Positions 33,796-45,504 of a stretch of 64,000 nt of DNA are shown here, piece after piece. Within the stretch, counting starts at the first letter, position 1. Each line of letters opens with the position of its first letter. The notes under the pieces were generated by a model. That model ran no database searches. It was not told where the DNA came from and saw only the letters and a list, made by a program, of their open reading frames with translations. The position numbers were made by a program, and so were the translations under genes. Source of the DNA: Plasmodiophora brassicae (taxonomy: Eukaryota); the NCBI GenBank assembly GCA_036867785.1, contig CP145409.1, positions 1,674,001-1,738,000 on the forward strand, written 5' to 3'.

Positions 33796-36700
33796 ATGCT
33801 GGAAGGTTGTTCCAATGTGATGCTGTTCAGTATTGACCGAACTGCCTGGTGGCGCAGTTGCCGCGCCAGTGGAATGTGCGCCCGTCAGGCGCTAGCGGCG
33901 TTATGGCGAAGACATTCCGGCAGCTCCCGGCCTGCACTCGACGTGCCCGGCCAGTCGGCAGTGCCATTTTGCGTTTTGGATCGATGGGCGCGGGAGCTGC
34001 AGGTTGCGATCGGGGGCGGCCGTCGCGTCGCCCTCGCGCTGGACCGATGCGCGGAAGCGGTCGCTGTCGTCCTCGCGTGTCTTCAGTGCACGTCGGTGTC
34101 GTTCGTCCCGTTGCCCTTGGATCCGGGGTCGCGAACTGTTGCCCGCATGCTGGAGGAGTCCCGTGCTGATATGCTGTTCATCTCGGCTTCAGACCGCGTT
34201 GAAGATTGGTGCACGCGATTTCCCCATGTGACGATTATTGCGATCTCGTGCAAGGAGTCTTCAATGCGAACGGAACTTCTTCAAAGTACCTCAGCGTCAT
34301 CAGCTGCTGTCATTGACGATGTTGAATGTTGCTGTTTGTTCACATCGGGGTCGACTAGCTCCATGCCATCGAGTTGCATTATTACGTGGGCGGGTGTCCA
34401 CAATCGCTTCAGGTGGATGTGGGAGGCGTACCCTTTCACGGCGGACGACCGGCTGGCATGGACGACTCCGTTCGTCTTTGTGGATGCGTTGTGGCAAATC
34501 CTTGGTCGACTTCTACATCGGATCGTCCTCGTCGTTGTCGACCCTGCTGCGTGCTGCGACGTTGCTCTTCTTGATTCTACCCTCCGTCAGTGCCGAGTAT
34601 CGAGGTTCGTTTCGATTCCGTCGGTTCTACGCTCGCTGCTGAGGCTGTGCTGGAATCGGGGACCTCGACCCAGTCACCTCCATCTGCTAATCTCCAGTGG
34701 CGAACCACTTGACCTCTGCCTTGCTGCCTCCCTGCGTCGCGCATCCCCAGGGACAATACTTCTTAACCTGTACGGTAGCACCGAAGCCACTGGTGACTCG
34801 CTATTCTTCGAATGGTCCCGCTTCATGAGTGTTCCTACTGGATGTGGTGGGGACCCTCATTGCGATTGGGATACCACGAAATCACCGCTGTGCCCAATCG
34901 GATATGTTATTCCCGGAAACTTGCTGCTATGCTCAGTCGCAGACCATATCGACGAGGGTTTCGAACTGGTGCTTAGCGGAGTACAGGTGTCGGGAGAAGG
35001 ATTAGGCGGGCCGTTCCCGACCGTCGTTCCCGATTCTGTCTCGCTTCGTACACTCGGCTCTTCTGGTGACGTCGTCTCTCCTGGTACTTGTATTCGCACA
35101 GGGGATATCATCATCGTCGACGACGCCGGCCTCGCATATTACTTGGGACGGGCGTCACGTTGCCGCACTGCTAAACACCATGGACGCTGGGTTCACTTCG
35201 ACGATATCGAAGCATGCTTGCATTCCCATCCCAATGTCAGCCGGGCGGTTGCTCTCACGCCTTCATCCGAACAATCTTTCCTTGCCGCTTTCATCTGTAC
35301 TTTATCAAACGCCAATGTTTCAGAAGCTGAGCTACGTTCGTGGTGCGCGGGTCGTCTTCAACCGTTCATGGTGCCTACCGTTTGGGCCATGGCGCAGGAT
35401 ATGCCGCTGACGATAAGCGGGAAGCCAGACATGCCCGCGATTCGCGACATGCTCTGCGCCAAAGTGACGCTGGCCGGAAGCGCCCATGATGTCTCTGCTG
35501 CTGTTGTCCCTGGTAGTCCAGTTGCTGATGCCGTCGTAAAATCTATTGCGGAAGCTTTGCATGTTGATCCAAGTCAAATCGGATACGATGACGATGTCGT
35601 CATGAAGTTCGGATTGGATTCACTCGCTGCATCGCATGCCGCTGCTCTCATTCAACAAGCCTTAGGAATGAGGACCTGCATTCGTGTCAGTGATTTTGGA
35701 GATAATCGTACAGTCCGTGCTCTTGAGCGTCTCCTGAAGTCGTCTATCTCGATGTCGAGGAAGCGCGATTATGCACAGATTAGCGAGCAGTTGCCATACG
35801 TCACCTATGACCCTCGCTATAAATCCGGCCGTACTGCTGAGTTGAATGTGGCGTTGGCGATTCCAAAAGACTTTCCATCACCTGTCCAGTCGATTGTTCC
35901 CAGATGGAAAATTGATACCGGTCGTTGTGTCGATGCGACACCCTTGGTTGTTACAACAACCGGACCCACGACATCATCTCTTGTCATTGTCGGGTCGCAC
36001 TCGGGCGTTGTTCTGTGCGCCTCAACTGTTACTGGCGAGACGCTCTGGCGTGTTTATAGGCCGACTCGGTTTGAGTCGCCATGCTCGTTGTACCTGAACA
36101 AGTACGTCGTTATATCCGGAAGAAATGGCATTGTATACTGCTTATCGTTGGCGAACGGATCGCCTGTTTGGCAGTGCGACATTGGGACGGAAATTAAGGC
36201 AGGCGCTCTCCAAGTCGGTACGTGTCTTCTGGTGGCCTGCTACGATGGGCATATGTACTGTCTGGATCCCTGCAAGCGCCGAGTTGTCTGGAAGGTTTCT
36301 GGTGGCGGCCCACTTCGATCATCACCGTCTGTGTGCCATGATGCTCGTCTGATCGTTTTAGCGTCGCTTCGTGGCCACGTCCTTGCATTCAAGTACAACG
36401 GGAATGAGTGCCCGCTACTCGAATGGGAAACCGCTATGGGGGACCCTATCTTCGGATCGCCTTGTCTAGTATCGTCGGTGGGGAACGATCTGCACCAAAA
36501 CGTCGCCATCGTTGCCGATGTTGCCGGCAGCGTTCGTGCCATGTCTCTCTTAGATGGGTCGTCTATCTGGTCAGTCCGTGTCGGTTGCTCCATATTTGCA
36601 GACCCCCTGGTGATGAACCGGAAGGACGGACAGGATGTTGTCATTACATGCCGCGAAGGAATTCTGCTTGCCCTGCAAGTTGATAGTGGCAAGCAGCGTT

Positions 36701-36942
36701 GGAGATGGTTGTCCCAGACCGGGTCGTTACTGCATCAATCTGTTGTCATTGGACCACAGTCTCTTTGTACGAGTTCGACGATGGGCGAGCTTTTCCTTAT
36801 TGAAACAAGGAATGGGGGCTTGGCCTCCGTGCGATCGACATGGCACCTTCCTGCAGAAGTCTACTCGGCTCCGGTTGTCGCAGGCGATGTCATCTTCATC
36901 GGCTGCCGAGACGATTGCCTGCATGCCCTGCAATTGTCGTAA
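33796..36942 (+). CDS. AASDH: AASDH/ACSF4-like NRPS-type enzyme: adenylation + thiolation (PCP) + PQQ-like beta-propeller
   Basis: FTSGST, SSGEPL, NLYGSTE, IRTGD, PLTISGKPD; PCP motif FGLDSL; PQQ repeats WKIDTGRCVDATP..IVGSHSG and LPAEVYSAPVV..IFIGCRDD. True start may be 33874 or later. Confidence 0.88.
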   Translation: MLEGCSNVMLFSIDRTAWWRSCRASGMCARQALAALWRRHSGSSRPALDVPGQSAVPFCVLDRWARELQVAIGGGRRVALALDRCAEAVAVVLACLQCTSVSFVPLPLDPGSRTVARMLEESRADMLFISASDRVEDWCTRFPHVTIIAISCKESSMRTELLQSTSASSAAVIDDVECCCLFTSGSTSSMPSSCIITWAGVHNRFRWMWEAYPFTADDRLAWTTPFVFVDALWQILGRLLHRIVLVVVDPAACCDVALLDSTLRQCRVSRFVSIPSVLRSLLRLCWNRGPRPSHLHLLISSGEPLDLCLAASLRRASPGTILLNLYGSTEATGDSLFFEWSRFMSVPTGCGGDPHCDWDTTKSPLCPIGYVIPGNLLLCSVADHIDEGFELVLSGVQVSGEGLGGPFPTVVPDSVSLRTLGSSGDVVSPGTCIRTGDIIIVDDAGLAYYLGRASRCRTAKHHGRWVHFDDIEACLHSHPNVSRAVALTPSSEQSFLAAFICTLSNANVSEAELRSWCAGRLQPFMVPTVWAMAQDMPLTISGKPDMPAIRDMLCAKVTLAGSAHDVSAAVVPGSPVADAVVKSIAEALHVDPSQIGYDDDVVMKFGLDSLAASHAAALIQQALGMRTCIRVSDFGDNRTVRALERLLKSSISMSRKRDYAQISEQLPYVTYDPRYKSGRTAELNVALAIPKDFPSPVQSIVPRWKIDTGRCVDATPLVVTTTGPTTSSLVIVGSHSGVVLCASTVTGETLWRVYRPTRFESPCSLYLNKYVVISGRNGIVYCLSLANGSPVWQCDIGTEIKAGALQVGTCLLVACYDGHMYCLDPCKRRVVWKVSGGGPLRSSPSVCHDARLIVLASLRGHVLAFKYNGNECPLLEWETAMGDPIFGSPCLVSSVGNDLHQNVAIVADVAGSVRAMSLLDGSSIWSVRVGCSIFADPLVMNRKDGQDVVITCREGILLALQVDSGKQRWRWLSQTGSLLHQSVVIGPQSLCTSSTMGELFLIETRNGGLASVRSTWHLPAEVYSAPVVAGDVIFIGCRDDCLHALQLS

Positions 36943-37366
36943 TTCGCGCGGACATCAACAACTGCGAACGCAACGTGACCTGGAATTGGGCGTTTCCCCG
37001 TCACACGACCTTCAAGATTTCCGTCATATTCCATTATCGCTTCCCTTTCGTCGCGTCGTCGCAATGTCGAATCTGGCTTGTGAATACAGCTCGTTGGGTT
37101 TCATTGCCTACTCAGTATGTTCGAAGGTCTGACACGGTCGCGAGCAGCGGAACAAGGTGCACCGACAGTCATTGAATCCGCCCTAAATCGGTCGTGGCTG
37201 CAGGACGCACAGCATCCGTCTTGTTCGCGCCTCCGCTGCCGACCTGCACCCTGTGGCTCCTCGATACCACCGTTGCGGTCCAGGGCGAACGTGTTTCCGC
37301 CGTCTGGTGGGTTGGATCGACGTCATCAGCCACATTGGCGTTGGTTGCGTCGCAGGAGGTCCGCGG

Positions 37367-38507
37367 ATGATCGACGTCGGCGCCTTGTCGAGATGGTGCG
37401 TCTACCTGGCGGAAGCGGGCGGCGACGTCGTCCGGGCCGTCGTCGACAGCGGCAAGCTCAACACGGTCGATAAGGGCGCCGGCACCGGCGAGTTCGACCC
37501 GTCGACCGAGGCCGACAAGCGCACGCAGGCGCTCATCGTCGGCGGGCTGCGACGCCAGTTCCCATCCCTCGTCGTTATCGGAGAGGTGCGATCCTGCGCC
37601 CGTTCGCCCGCCTTGCCCGCTTGCTGATCGTCGAGCGCGCCCTAGGAGGACCAAGTGGACAGCGCGCACGTTGACCTCCCGCCCACACTTCCCGAACGCT
37701 ACGAGACGCTGGAATATGTTGGGACGCGCGTCCATCGTGTTCCGTATCGTGGCCGCTCCTGAACCGCGTGTCGTTTAGTTCGCGGCCGACAGGTGGCCGG
37801 CGAACCTGGGCGTTCGCGCGGACAGCCAGGTCTGCGTCTGGGTGGACCCGGTCGACGGGACGACCGAGTTGACCAAGGACAACCTGGAGTCGGTGTCCGT
37901 CTTGATTGGCGTTGCCGTCGACGGCAGCGCGTCGTTCGGCGTCATCCACGAGCCGTTCAACGGTCGCACGCTGTACGCGGCCGTCGGCCACCCGGATCAC
38001 TCGCAGCGACCGGCACAACCCAGGAAACGTTCGTCCGACCCGCATGGCGTTGCTGACGGTGACGATCGCTGAGCGCCGACGTCAAACAGGTGCGAGCGAG
38101 AACGTCGTCGTGACGTCGTCGTCCCACTTCGACGCGTCCCTGGCAGCGTATTTCGCGAACCTGAACCCACAGCCGGCGCGGATCGTCCAGGCCGGAGGCT
38201 GTGGTCACAAAGCCGTCCTGGTCATCGACGGTCTGTCGCATGTGCTCTGCGTTCGGGAGGGCGCGTCCCCTGACGCCTACTGGCAATGGCAGGCCTTGCG
38301 GACGCGTACCTGTACCCGCGACCCGGCACGAAGAAGTGGGATTCCTGTGCGCCGGACGCGATCCTTCGTGCGGTCGGCGGGCGCCTGACCGACGTGTACG
38401 GCGACGACCTGCGGTACGGGGCCGATGCCGCCCATGCCAACCGGGACGGCATCATCTGCACGTTGCACGCCGACCACGACCTGTACGTGCTGGCGCGTCC
38501 GCAGTGA
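37367..38507 (+). CDS. BPNT1: 3'(2'),5'-bisphosphate nucleotidase / inositol polyphosphate phosphatase (spliced)
   Basis: DPSTEAD, VIGE/E, VWVDPVDGT, AGGCGHK and YLYPRPGTKKWDSCAPDAIL. Confidence 0.85.
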
Positions 38508-38573
38508 ACCCCAGCACGATGTTAGGTGTATCCCGTGTTTGTAGTGTGGTGGTGGGGTGTGGGGGCCCGCCCG

Positions 38574-40118
38574 TCACGCCTTCTGCGTCTCGAAGACGTC
38601 GAGCTTCTTCAGGAGCGTCTCGGAGTAGTTCGGCGAGTAGTACTGGACGATCTCGACCGGGTAGCAGCTGTTGATCGTGTTGATGTACGACTGCAGCTTG
38701 CTGTTGTCGTCGGCCTTCAGCTCCTGGACCTTCTGCAGGCCGCCGCTCTGCACGAACGACTTGCGCGACGGCGGGTCGTTCGGCAGCACCTTGGCGAACT
38801 GCTGCACGATGTACTTGATGATCTTGGGCGGCGACTCGTGCAGCAGGGGCTCCAGGGCGGGCGTGTGCGTGCACTTCTGCACGACCGTCTTGATGGCGCG
38901 CTGCGCCTTGGCCTTGAGGTCGGCGGACCCCTCGTCCGTCTTGCTGCTCGCGTCGACGTACGTCTGGATGACGCGGCGGAACACGTCGGCCTTGGCCAGC
39001 GCCTTGGCGTGCTCGGGCGTGTGCCGCCCGATCTGCCCCAGCGACCAGCAGGCGGCCGCCTTGACGTGCGCCTCGGGCTCGTTGACCAGCGCGTCCTTCA
39101 GCGGCAGGATGCCCTGGTGGACGATGATGGCCAGCGCCAGCGTCTCCGAGAAGGCGCCGATGTACCCGAGGGCCATGATGCCCGGCAACCTCGTGTTGCC
39201 CTTCGTCTCGGTGATGTAGTCGATGATGGCGGCGTGGCCGCCGGCATTGACGATCAGCTTGGCCAGCTCGGGCGTGTGCTTGGCGATCTCGCGGATCAGC
39301 GTCGCCGCGTTCTTCCGGACGACCAGGTCGAGGTCCTTGAGGCAGACGAGCACCTTGGGGAACACCTCGGCCTCGACGATGACCTCGGCGAGGTCCACGC
39401 TGTGCTTCGCGACCTGCGACAGCGCCAGGCAGACCTGCCGCTTCAGCTTGCCGTCCTGGTGCTGGATCATGGGCGCCAGGAATTGCACGGCGCCGCTGTC
39501 GACGACGGCCTGGGCCAGCTCCGACGAGTGCTTGCTGATCTCGGCCAGCGCCGACGCGGCGATGCGCTTCAGGCCCAGCTCGGGCTCCTGCAGGCACAGG
39601 ACGAGCTGTGGAACGGCGCCGGCGTCGACGACGACCTGGGCCAGGTCCGCGTTGTGCCGGGCGATGAAGTTCAGCGCCCAGGCGGCGCCCTCCTTGACGC
39701 TGGGCTCGAACTCGGACAGGCAGCCGACCAGGGCGACCAGGGCGCCGGCGTCGACGACCGCCTGCGCCAGCTCGGGCGAGTGCTTCGCCACCGATTTCAG
39801 CACGAACGACGCCGCCTTCTTGTAGTACCGGTTCTGCTCGGCCAGCGAGTAGACGAGCTGCGGCAGGATCTCGTTCATGACGACGGCCTCGGCGAGCGCC
39901 TCGCTGTAGTTGGCCAGGCGGCCCAGGGCGATCGCCGCCGACTGCTGGATGGACGGCACCGAGTCGAGCAGCAGCGGGCGCAGCAGGGCCATGACGCCCG
40001 CGTTCTGCAGCGCCTCGATGTTGGCGGGGCGCACGGCGTGCTCGGCGACCGTCTGGACGAACGTCGTCCGGGCCGCCTGGTACTCCTCGAACACCTGCAG
40101 GACCGAACGCGACGTCAT
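38574..40118 (-). CDS. SPAG6: Axoneme central apparatus armadillo-repeat protein PF16/SPAG6
   Basis: MTSRSVLQVFEEYQAARTTFVQTVAE..QNAGVMALLRPLLLD; ARM repeats; C-terminal INSCYPVEIVQYYSPNYSETLL. Intronless. Confidence 0.96.
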   Translation of the reverse strand: MTSRSVLQVFEEYQAARTTFVQTVAEHAVRPANIEALQNAGVMALLRPLLLDSVPSIQQSAAIALGRLANYSEALAEAVVMNEILPQLVYSLAEQNRYYKKAASFVLKSVAKHSPELAQAVVDAGALVALVGCLSEFEPSVKEGAAWALNFIARHNADLAQVVVDAGAVPQLVLCLQEPELGLKRIAASALAEISKHSSELAQAVVDSGAVQFLAPMIQHQDGKLKRQVCLALSQVAKHSVDLAEVIVEAEVFPKVLVCLKDLDLVVRKNAATLIREIAKHTPELAKLIVNAGGHAAIIDYITETKGNTRLPGIMALGYIGAFSETLALAIIVHQGILPLKDALVNEPEAHVKAAACWSLGQIGRHTPEHAKALAKADVFRRVIQTYVDASSKTDEGSADLKAKAQRAIKTVVQKCTHTPALEPLLHESPPKIIKYIVQQFAKVLPNDPPSRKSFVQSGGLQKVQELKADDNSKLQSYINTINSCYPVEIVQYYSPNYSETLLKKLDVFETQKA

Positions 40119-40536
40119 CGCTAGCGACGGAACCGGTGGTCGATGGTGACGATCGACCCAGGCGTACCCCCAATGGGATCGTCGATCGCCCAACCTCCCC
40201 TGTTTAACCAGAGATAAGACGGGCGCGCTTCGGGAAGCGCAGAGGCAGGACAACACCACATACACACACACACACGTGTCCGATCGGCATCGGTTGGCCT
40301 CGTCGTACGACCGCGCCCGCCGCTCAGCGAGACGCACGAACGACAGCGGTCGTTCATCGCTGTCAGCTCAGCGCCCGTGTTGCCTGACCACACAGAGATA
40401 CACAACAGGCGCGAATGATCCGTCTGGCGTACCCTCGGGCGGCGTCATAATCGTATAGTACCGCGCGCCGGTTGCCGTCCAAATGTAGGGTGCAGGGCAG
40501 CGTTCTGGAACATTGCCCATTCTTCTGGGTACTGAC

Positions 40537-41258
40537 ATGCGACGGATCGCCCTGCTCAGGTCGGGGACGACGACGACGACGACGCCGGATGCTGCTGCCC
40601 CATCGAGCGAGGCGCGCAAGGCGCTGCAGTGCACGACCAGTTCCAGTGGTGCTGCTACAGTGCCAGCCAGCAGCACCACAATGGTCGCTGACCGTCCCAT
40701 AGCAGGCGGTGGTGGCCTGACGCCCGCCTCGGGCGCTAAGCCGGCGCCGGACACGACCGCCTCATCGTCGTCGTCGTCGTCGTCGCTGGCCACAGGCGAC
40801 GCGGCCGCCGCCGCCGGCAACGGCTCGAAACGACCGTCCATGCACGCCGGGCGCTTCCACATCTCCGACATTCGTCAGCGTGCATGGACGATATGGACCG
40901 CACGCCCCCACACTGACGATCGTGCCGCACAGCGCCCGCCGCCGCCCAAGCCGCCAGGATGGCGCCCGTCTCGTCGTCGGGGCGCTTCGAGATCTCCGAC
41001 ATCGGCCCGGTGGTGGGGGTGGCGCCCGCGACGCCGGCCACCGAGGGCAGGAGGGCATCGCAGAGCAACGACCCGCTGATGATGCTGGTAGGCACGAGCC
41101 GGCGCGCCGTCCCCTAGCGCCCGTCTGAGCACAGGGTGGCGTCCCAACAGGCGGCGCTGCACCATCGCATCAAGCAGCTGATCGAGGAGAACAGGACGCT
41201 GAAGGAGGAGAACGCGCGCCTCCGCAAGGAGAACGCGGACCTTAGTCAGCCCAGATGA
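40537..41258 (+). CDS. Small disordered protein with two GRFxISDI motifs and C-terminal leucine zipper (TSC22-like architecture)
   Basis: Splicing GT-AG introns 40874-40932 and 41088-41150 joins GRFHISDI, GRFEISDI and LHHRIKQLIEENRTLKEENARLRKENADL in one frame. Start (40537 or 40681) and end are uncertain. Confidence 0.6.
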
Positions 41259-41376
41259 TATTCGGCGGGCGGGGGGGCGCCGGCCCCCCTCGTTCGCGAC
41301 TCGCGCTAGGTATAATGCACATCGGGTGGGGCTGTGGGCGGGCGGCCGGCTCCGTCCCTCTGACCCAACACACGCG

Positions 41377-41766
41377 TCATGCCCGCCGCATGTACGACGT
41401 CGCGCAGACGGTCACGCCGATCGCGGTCGTGATGACCGCGACCGCCCCCAGGATCATGTACGCTTCCTGGGCGGGTGTCAGACGGTGACGCGCGCTCGGC
41501 GGCGCCTGGTAACGTGACGAATTGCTGGCTGGCGACACGTGTGCCGGCGTCGTATCCGGCGACGACGTACGCGCCGTTCTCGTTGCTGGGCTCTTCGCCG
41601 CGGGTGCAGGCGGAGGCACTGCCGTTGTTAGCAAGACGGGTGGTACCCGATTGACACGAACGCGAGCGGCGTTGCCGTTTGCTGGCGGCGGCGCTGGGGT
41701 TCGGACGGTGCCCGACGCTGCCATCGCGGCAGGCAGGCATAGCATAGCGATCAGCGACAGCGCCAT
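41377..41766 (-). CDS. Small type I membrane protein (signal peptide, Pro/Thr-rich ectodomain, TM)
   Basis: MALSLIAMLCLPAAMA.. followed by a P/T/A-rich region and MILGAVAVITTAIGVTVCATSYMRRA*. Confidence 0.6.
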   Translation of the reverse strand: MALSLIAMLCLPAAMAASGTVRTPAPPPANGNAARVRVNRVPPVLLTTAVPPPAPAAKSPATRTARTSSPDTTPAHVSPASNSSRYQAPPSARHRLTPAQEAYMILGAVAVITTAIGVTVCATSYMRRA

Positions 41767-42133
41767 CACACAACGGCCGACTATGCGCCTATGGTGGGGC
41801 CCCCCGGCAGCGACGACACAATTTGTGGCGCGGCCGTCATGGGCGGCATTGCGCTGGTTCGTTCATCGACTCGCCGTGCACCGTGCTGCTCCGGAACATC
41901 ATAACAACGGATTCGTGCCCGGCCCGAAACCCAGCCCGTTGGGTACCCAGCCAGGGTGGACGTCGACAAAAGCGTGAGCTCGACACAGCGACGCTGTCGT
42001 CCAGGTGTCGGACGTCCATGTGTTGGGCGTGTTCGCTGCGGGCATACGGAAGTGTGCAGATGGGCGGGGCACCGGTTGTTGTTGTTGTTGCGCGTCGCAA
42101 GTCCGTGGCGTAGTGCGATGCGACCAGAGCAGT

Positions 42134-42568
42134 ATGGGTGATGCGGATCATCAGCAGGACGTCAATGCCGCCGTGTCACTGAAGCGCCCGCGCCCGGTGG
42201 AGGCGTCGGACCCCGATGACGGGGCGCCCGCCAGGTCGTCGTCGTCGGGCGACGGGAACCCGTTCCGGAACCTGTTCCAGAAGGAGCTGCGCCAGATGAT
42301 GTACGGGAGCGGCGACGTCAGCAACCCGCTGCCCGAATCGCTCGACCTGATCGAGGACCTGACCGTCGAGTTCATCATGCAGATGACGCGGCGCGCGGCA
42401 CAGGTCGCCGGCAGCCGCGACCGCGTCCGCACCGAGGACCTCCTGTTCGCCATTCGCGACAACCCGCGCATGTACGCGCGTGCCTGCGAGCTGCTGCGCA
42501 TGAACCGGATCGTCAACGAGGCCACCAAGAAGGACGCGAAGTTCAAATCCGGCCAGTTCAAGTTCTAG
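42134..42568 (+). CDS. TAF13: TFIID subunit 13 (histone fold)
   Basis: LFQKELRQMMYGSGD..PLPESLDLIEDLTVEFI..TEDLLFAIRDNPRMYAR. Confidence 0.9.
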   Translation: MGDADHQQDVNAAVSLKRPRPVEASDPDDGAPARSSSSGDGNPFRNLFQKELRQMMYGSGDVSNPLPESLDLIEDLTVEFIMQMTRRAAQVAGSRDRVRTEDLLFAIRDNPRMYARACELLRMNRIVNEATKKDAKFKSGQFKF

Positions 42569-42635
42569 GGGCACACGCGTTCGCCGCCGGGCATACACCG
42601 CGACGGAGGTGATCATAGGCCACGGCTGGTTGCGC

Positions 42636-45177
42636 CTACTGGAAGCGATTCTGGTTTAGGGTCTGGAAGACTGTCGAGTTTGTGTCGACGGACGATTCGA
42701 CGTTGAACGGCGTCGGCTTGGCAGGTGCCGTGGAGCGCCGCTTCTTGACGGGGACGCCGTTCTCGTCGACAGCAGGACCATCGTCAGCCGTGGTACTACC
42801 GTGCGACGTGAACGTGTACGCGCGTTGCAACGAGGATGCCCTGGCGATGTGCGCAGTGGCCCCAGGCCCCATAAGTCGTTCGATCTCGGCGTCGTTGTGC
42901 ACGAGGAACGACCCAGAGCGCTTCAGTGACGACAGGTGGCCGTTGAAGGCGAGCGACGACAGCTGCCCAGAGGCAGGTCGAGCTGGCGGACGCTGTGCAG
43001 GCGCGATCCATTTCCGGACCTCCATTGTGGTCTCCACCTCGTGGAAGTTGCGCCCTGAGCTCGATCGGGTAAGACTCTGTTCCCGTGTCAGCATCCACAC
43101 ACGGAGACAAGGATCCAACCAATCGGTACGATTTGCTTGCGGGTCTTGAACAGCATCTCTTCCCGCTTCTCCTCTTCGTCAAGGTCCAGTGCCGTCGTTG
43201 CCACGATAGCCGTACGAGACTGCGACGAGAATTAGATTCAGCAATGTTCGGGCGGTGCCGGGAGCACCAAACCTTTCGTTCGGCTATCAGGAGCCGGTGC
43301 AGATCTTTACGAGGAACATGGCCGCGATCATACGCCGAATAAGCGAACTCGACTGAGCAGTCATCGTCATCATCGTCACGTGAGGGGGCGGCCGGCGGCG
43401 GCGGTCGACGTTGCTGGACGTTGGAGGGCTGACGCATTGGGGCGGCCAATGGCAGGAATCGCTCCGTTATGCCTTTCAGGCCCGCCGAATCCAGGGCGTT
43501 CATGCGCGCTTGATCGAACCGGACATGGTTGGCATTGCAGTCATCGTCGATCGGGCCGTCGTCAAGCATCTCATTGATGGAACCCGCATCAGCATCGTCT
43601 TCATCGCTGCCGGACGGATTCGAGACGCCTTCCTCTTCAGCTTCCAGATCGAGTATCATGTTGTGGCCATCATCATCATCTGGCGGTGGAGTAGGCCGTG
43701 CCAGGTTATCGGATTCGGACTCGCCGTCGGATGAAGCATTGTCCTCGTTGGCGATACCATCGTCGTCCACTTGGCCAGGGGTGGTTTGGGCGTCGTCTGT
43801 TGCGTCCTCGGCGCCCCGAACGCCAGCCTCGCAATCATCAACACCATCGGCACCGTCATCGTCGTCAATAACCCGCCTTCTTCTAGGACGCCTCGCATGT
43901 GAATGCGCCAGCGACGAGTTCGGATCGCATTCAGGCTCGTCTGGACGTTCGACATCTGCACTATCAGCGTCAGCGCTTCCTTTCGGCGACGCTTCCCGGG
44001 TGACGTCGTTCAAATCGTCAGCGGAGCGTGGCCCTTCCTCACCGCCGGCATCTCTGATATCCTCATTGGAATAGGGCATTCCAACCGCGAAGTCCTCCTC
44101 ATCCGTAGATTCAAGCTTGCATTCTTCTTCAGGATGGGCGTTCGCCAGCGATTCAACGCGTTTCACGCGGCTCCGCCTGCGAAGATCGTCGATGACCTCC
44201 TGTCGCTTCGAGCGCCCGCCCCGGTTCAAATACAGGCCACACGTGGACTGCGTCTTGACGAACGGCTTGGACGGCAACGACGACGGTCTGGGTTGCTGTT
44301 GGGACGCGATCGAGTCAGATCGGGGCAAACCGGTGCGCCCAGGTTCGCTAGAAGGAGCCAGCTTCGACACCTGCGTCTTATACGCGTCTTGCTCGTCCTG
44401 ATCAGAGAACTCCAGCTCGAAGTCGTCGTCAGCACCTGCGCTGAGGCGCGGCGCTGGCGCGTCAGGCGCGACCTCGATCGGAGGTGCCTCCGTTGCGATG
44501 CCGACCTGCGCCGCCCGCCTCAGGATGCTTTGCAGCAGGCAACTCAGCAATTCCGGGTTCGACTTCGCCACCTGTCGTCGCCGCTGGTATTGACGCCTCG
44601 GTCGCTGCCTGACCTGCTCGTGCTTTACAGCCAGAGAAGTACCTTCAACGTCGTCCTCAGACTCGTCTGCGTCCGACACAGCGGGCCGTGCGATCCTTGG
44701 GCGTTCGGGGCGCTCATCGTGTCGGGATCCGTCACGATGAGGCTGGCCACGACCGCCAGGCGACAATTGCGTCTGCCCTGGGCGCCCTGTGGACGAGGAC
44801 GGACGCTGCTCTGTGGGCTGGGAACACTCATCAGAATCGTCACGACGTGATTGTCGATCCCGTTCCGCGTCTTCCCCCAGCGCCGCGTAGACATCGTCGA
44901 GGCCGTCGAACACGGTACTAGGCTTCGTCCCAGGATGCGACGCCACAGGACGCGGCTGCTCCTCACCGTCGTCGGACTCCTCAATCCGGCGGCGACCCCG
45001 CCCGGCAACGACGTGGGCCGTACCCGCGAACGGGTCGTCCACTTCGGAATCCCCCTCGTCCGACCCCTCGGGTTGCTCGTCGGCCACGCCCTGTCGCATC
45101 GCCATCACCCGGGCGACGACGTCATCCTCCCCGTCGCCCGACAGGTCCGCATCGTCCACATCATCGGGGCGCCCCAT
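42636..45177 (-). CDS. Large acidic disordered protein, possibly Claspin/Mrc1-like replication checkpoint mediator (spliced)
   Basis: D/E-rich ORF. ILDLEAEEE..SGSDEDD..MLDD..RMNALDSAGLKGITERFL resembles the MRC1/Claspin conserved region (l.e.EAE.s..D...l......r.l). Confidence 0.5.
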
Positions 45178-45504
45178 CGAAAACGACGCAAAATGTGGCA
45201 CGGGGCGCGCGCGCCCCCTCCTCTCCTCCGTCGTGTGGCAACTTCGTCGTGCAACCGCGCCCCCCGTACACCACGGGCCTGTATAGCCGCACGAGGCCCA
45301 GGTCAACACCGCCGCGAGATGTACATCGAGTTAGGCCGACTCCTTCTCCCGAGCAGCCCCGGCGCGCTTATCAGAAGCGCGAGGACGCCCGGGTGCGAAC
45401 GGTGGCGGAACGTGCCGAGTGCGGTGTGTAGGCGAGCGGGCCGTGCCGCTTCGTGATGGCGCGCGCGAAGTCCGTGGCGTGGTGCAGTCCGCGAGTGGCC
45501 GTCG

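Noticed and set aside
38452-40173. Long alternative-frame and antisense ORFs (573 aa, 532 aa) overlapping SPAG6
   Set aside because: Shadow ORFs caused by very high GC3 codon bias; no recognisable domains.
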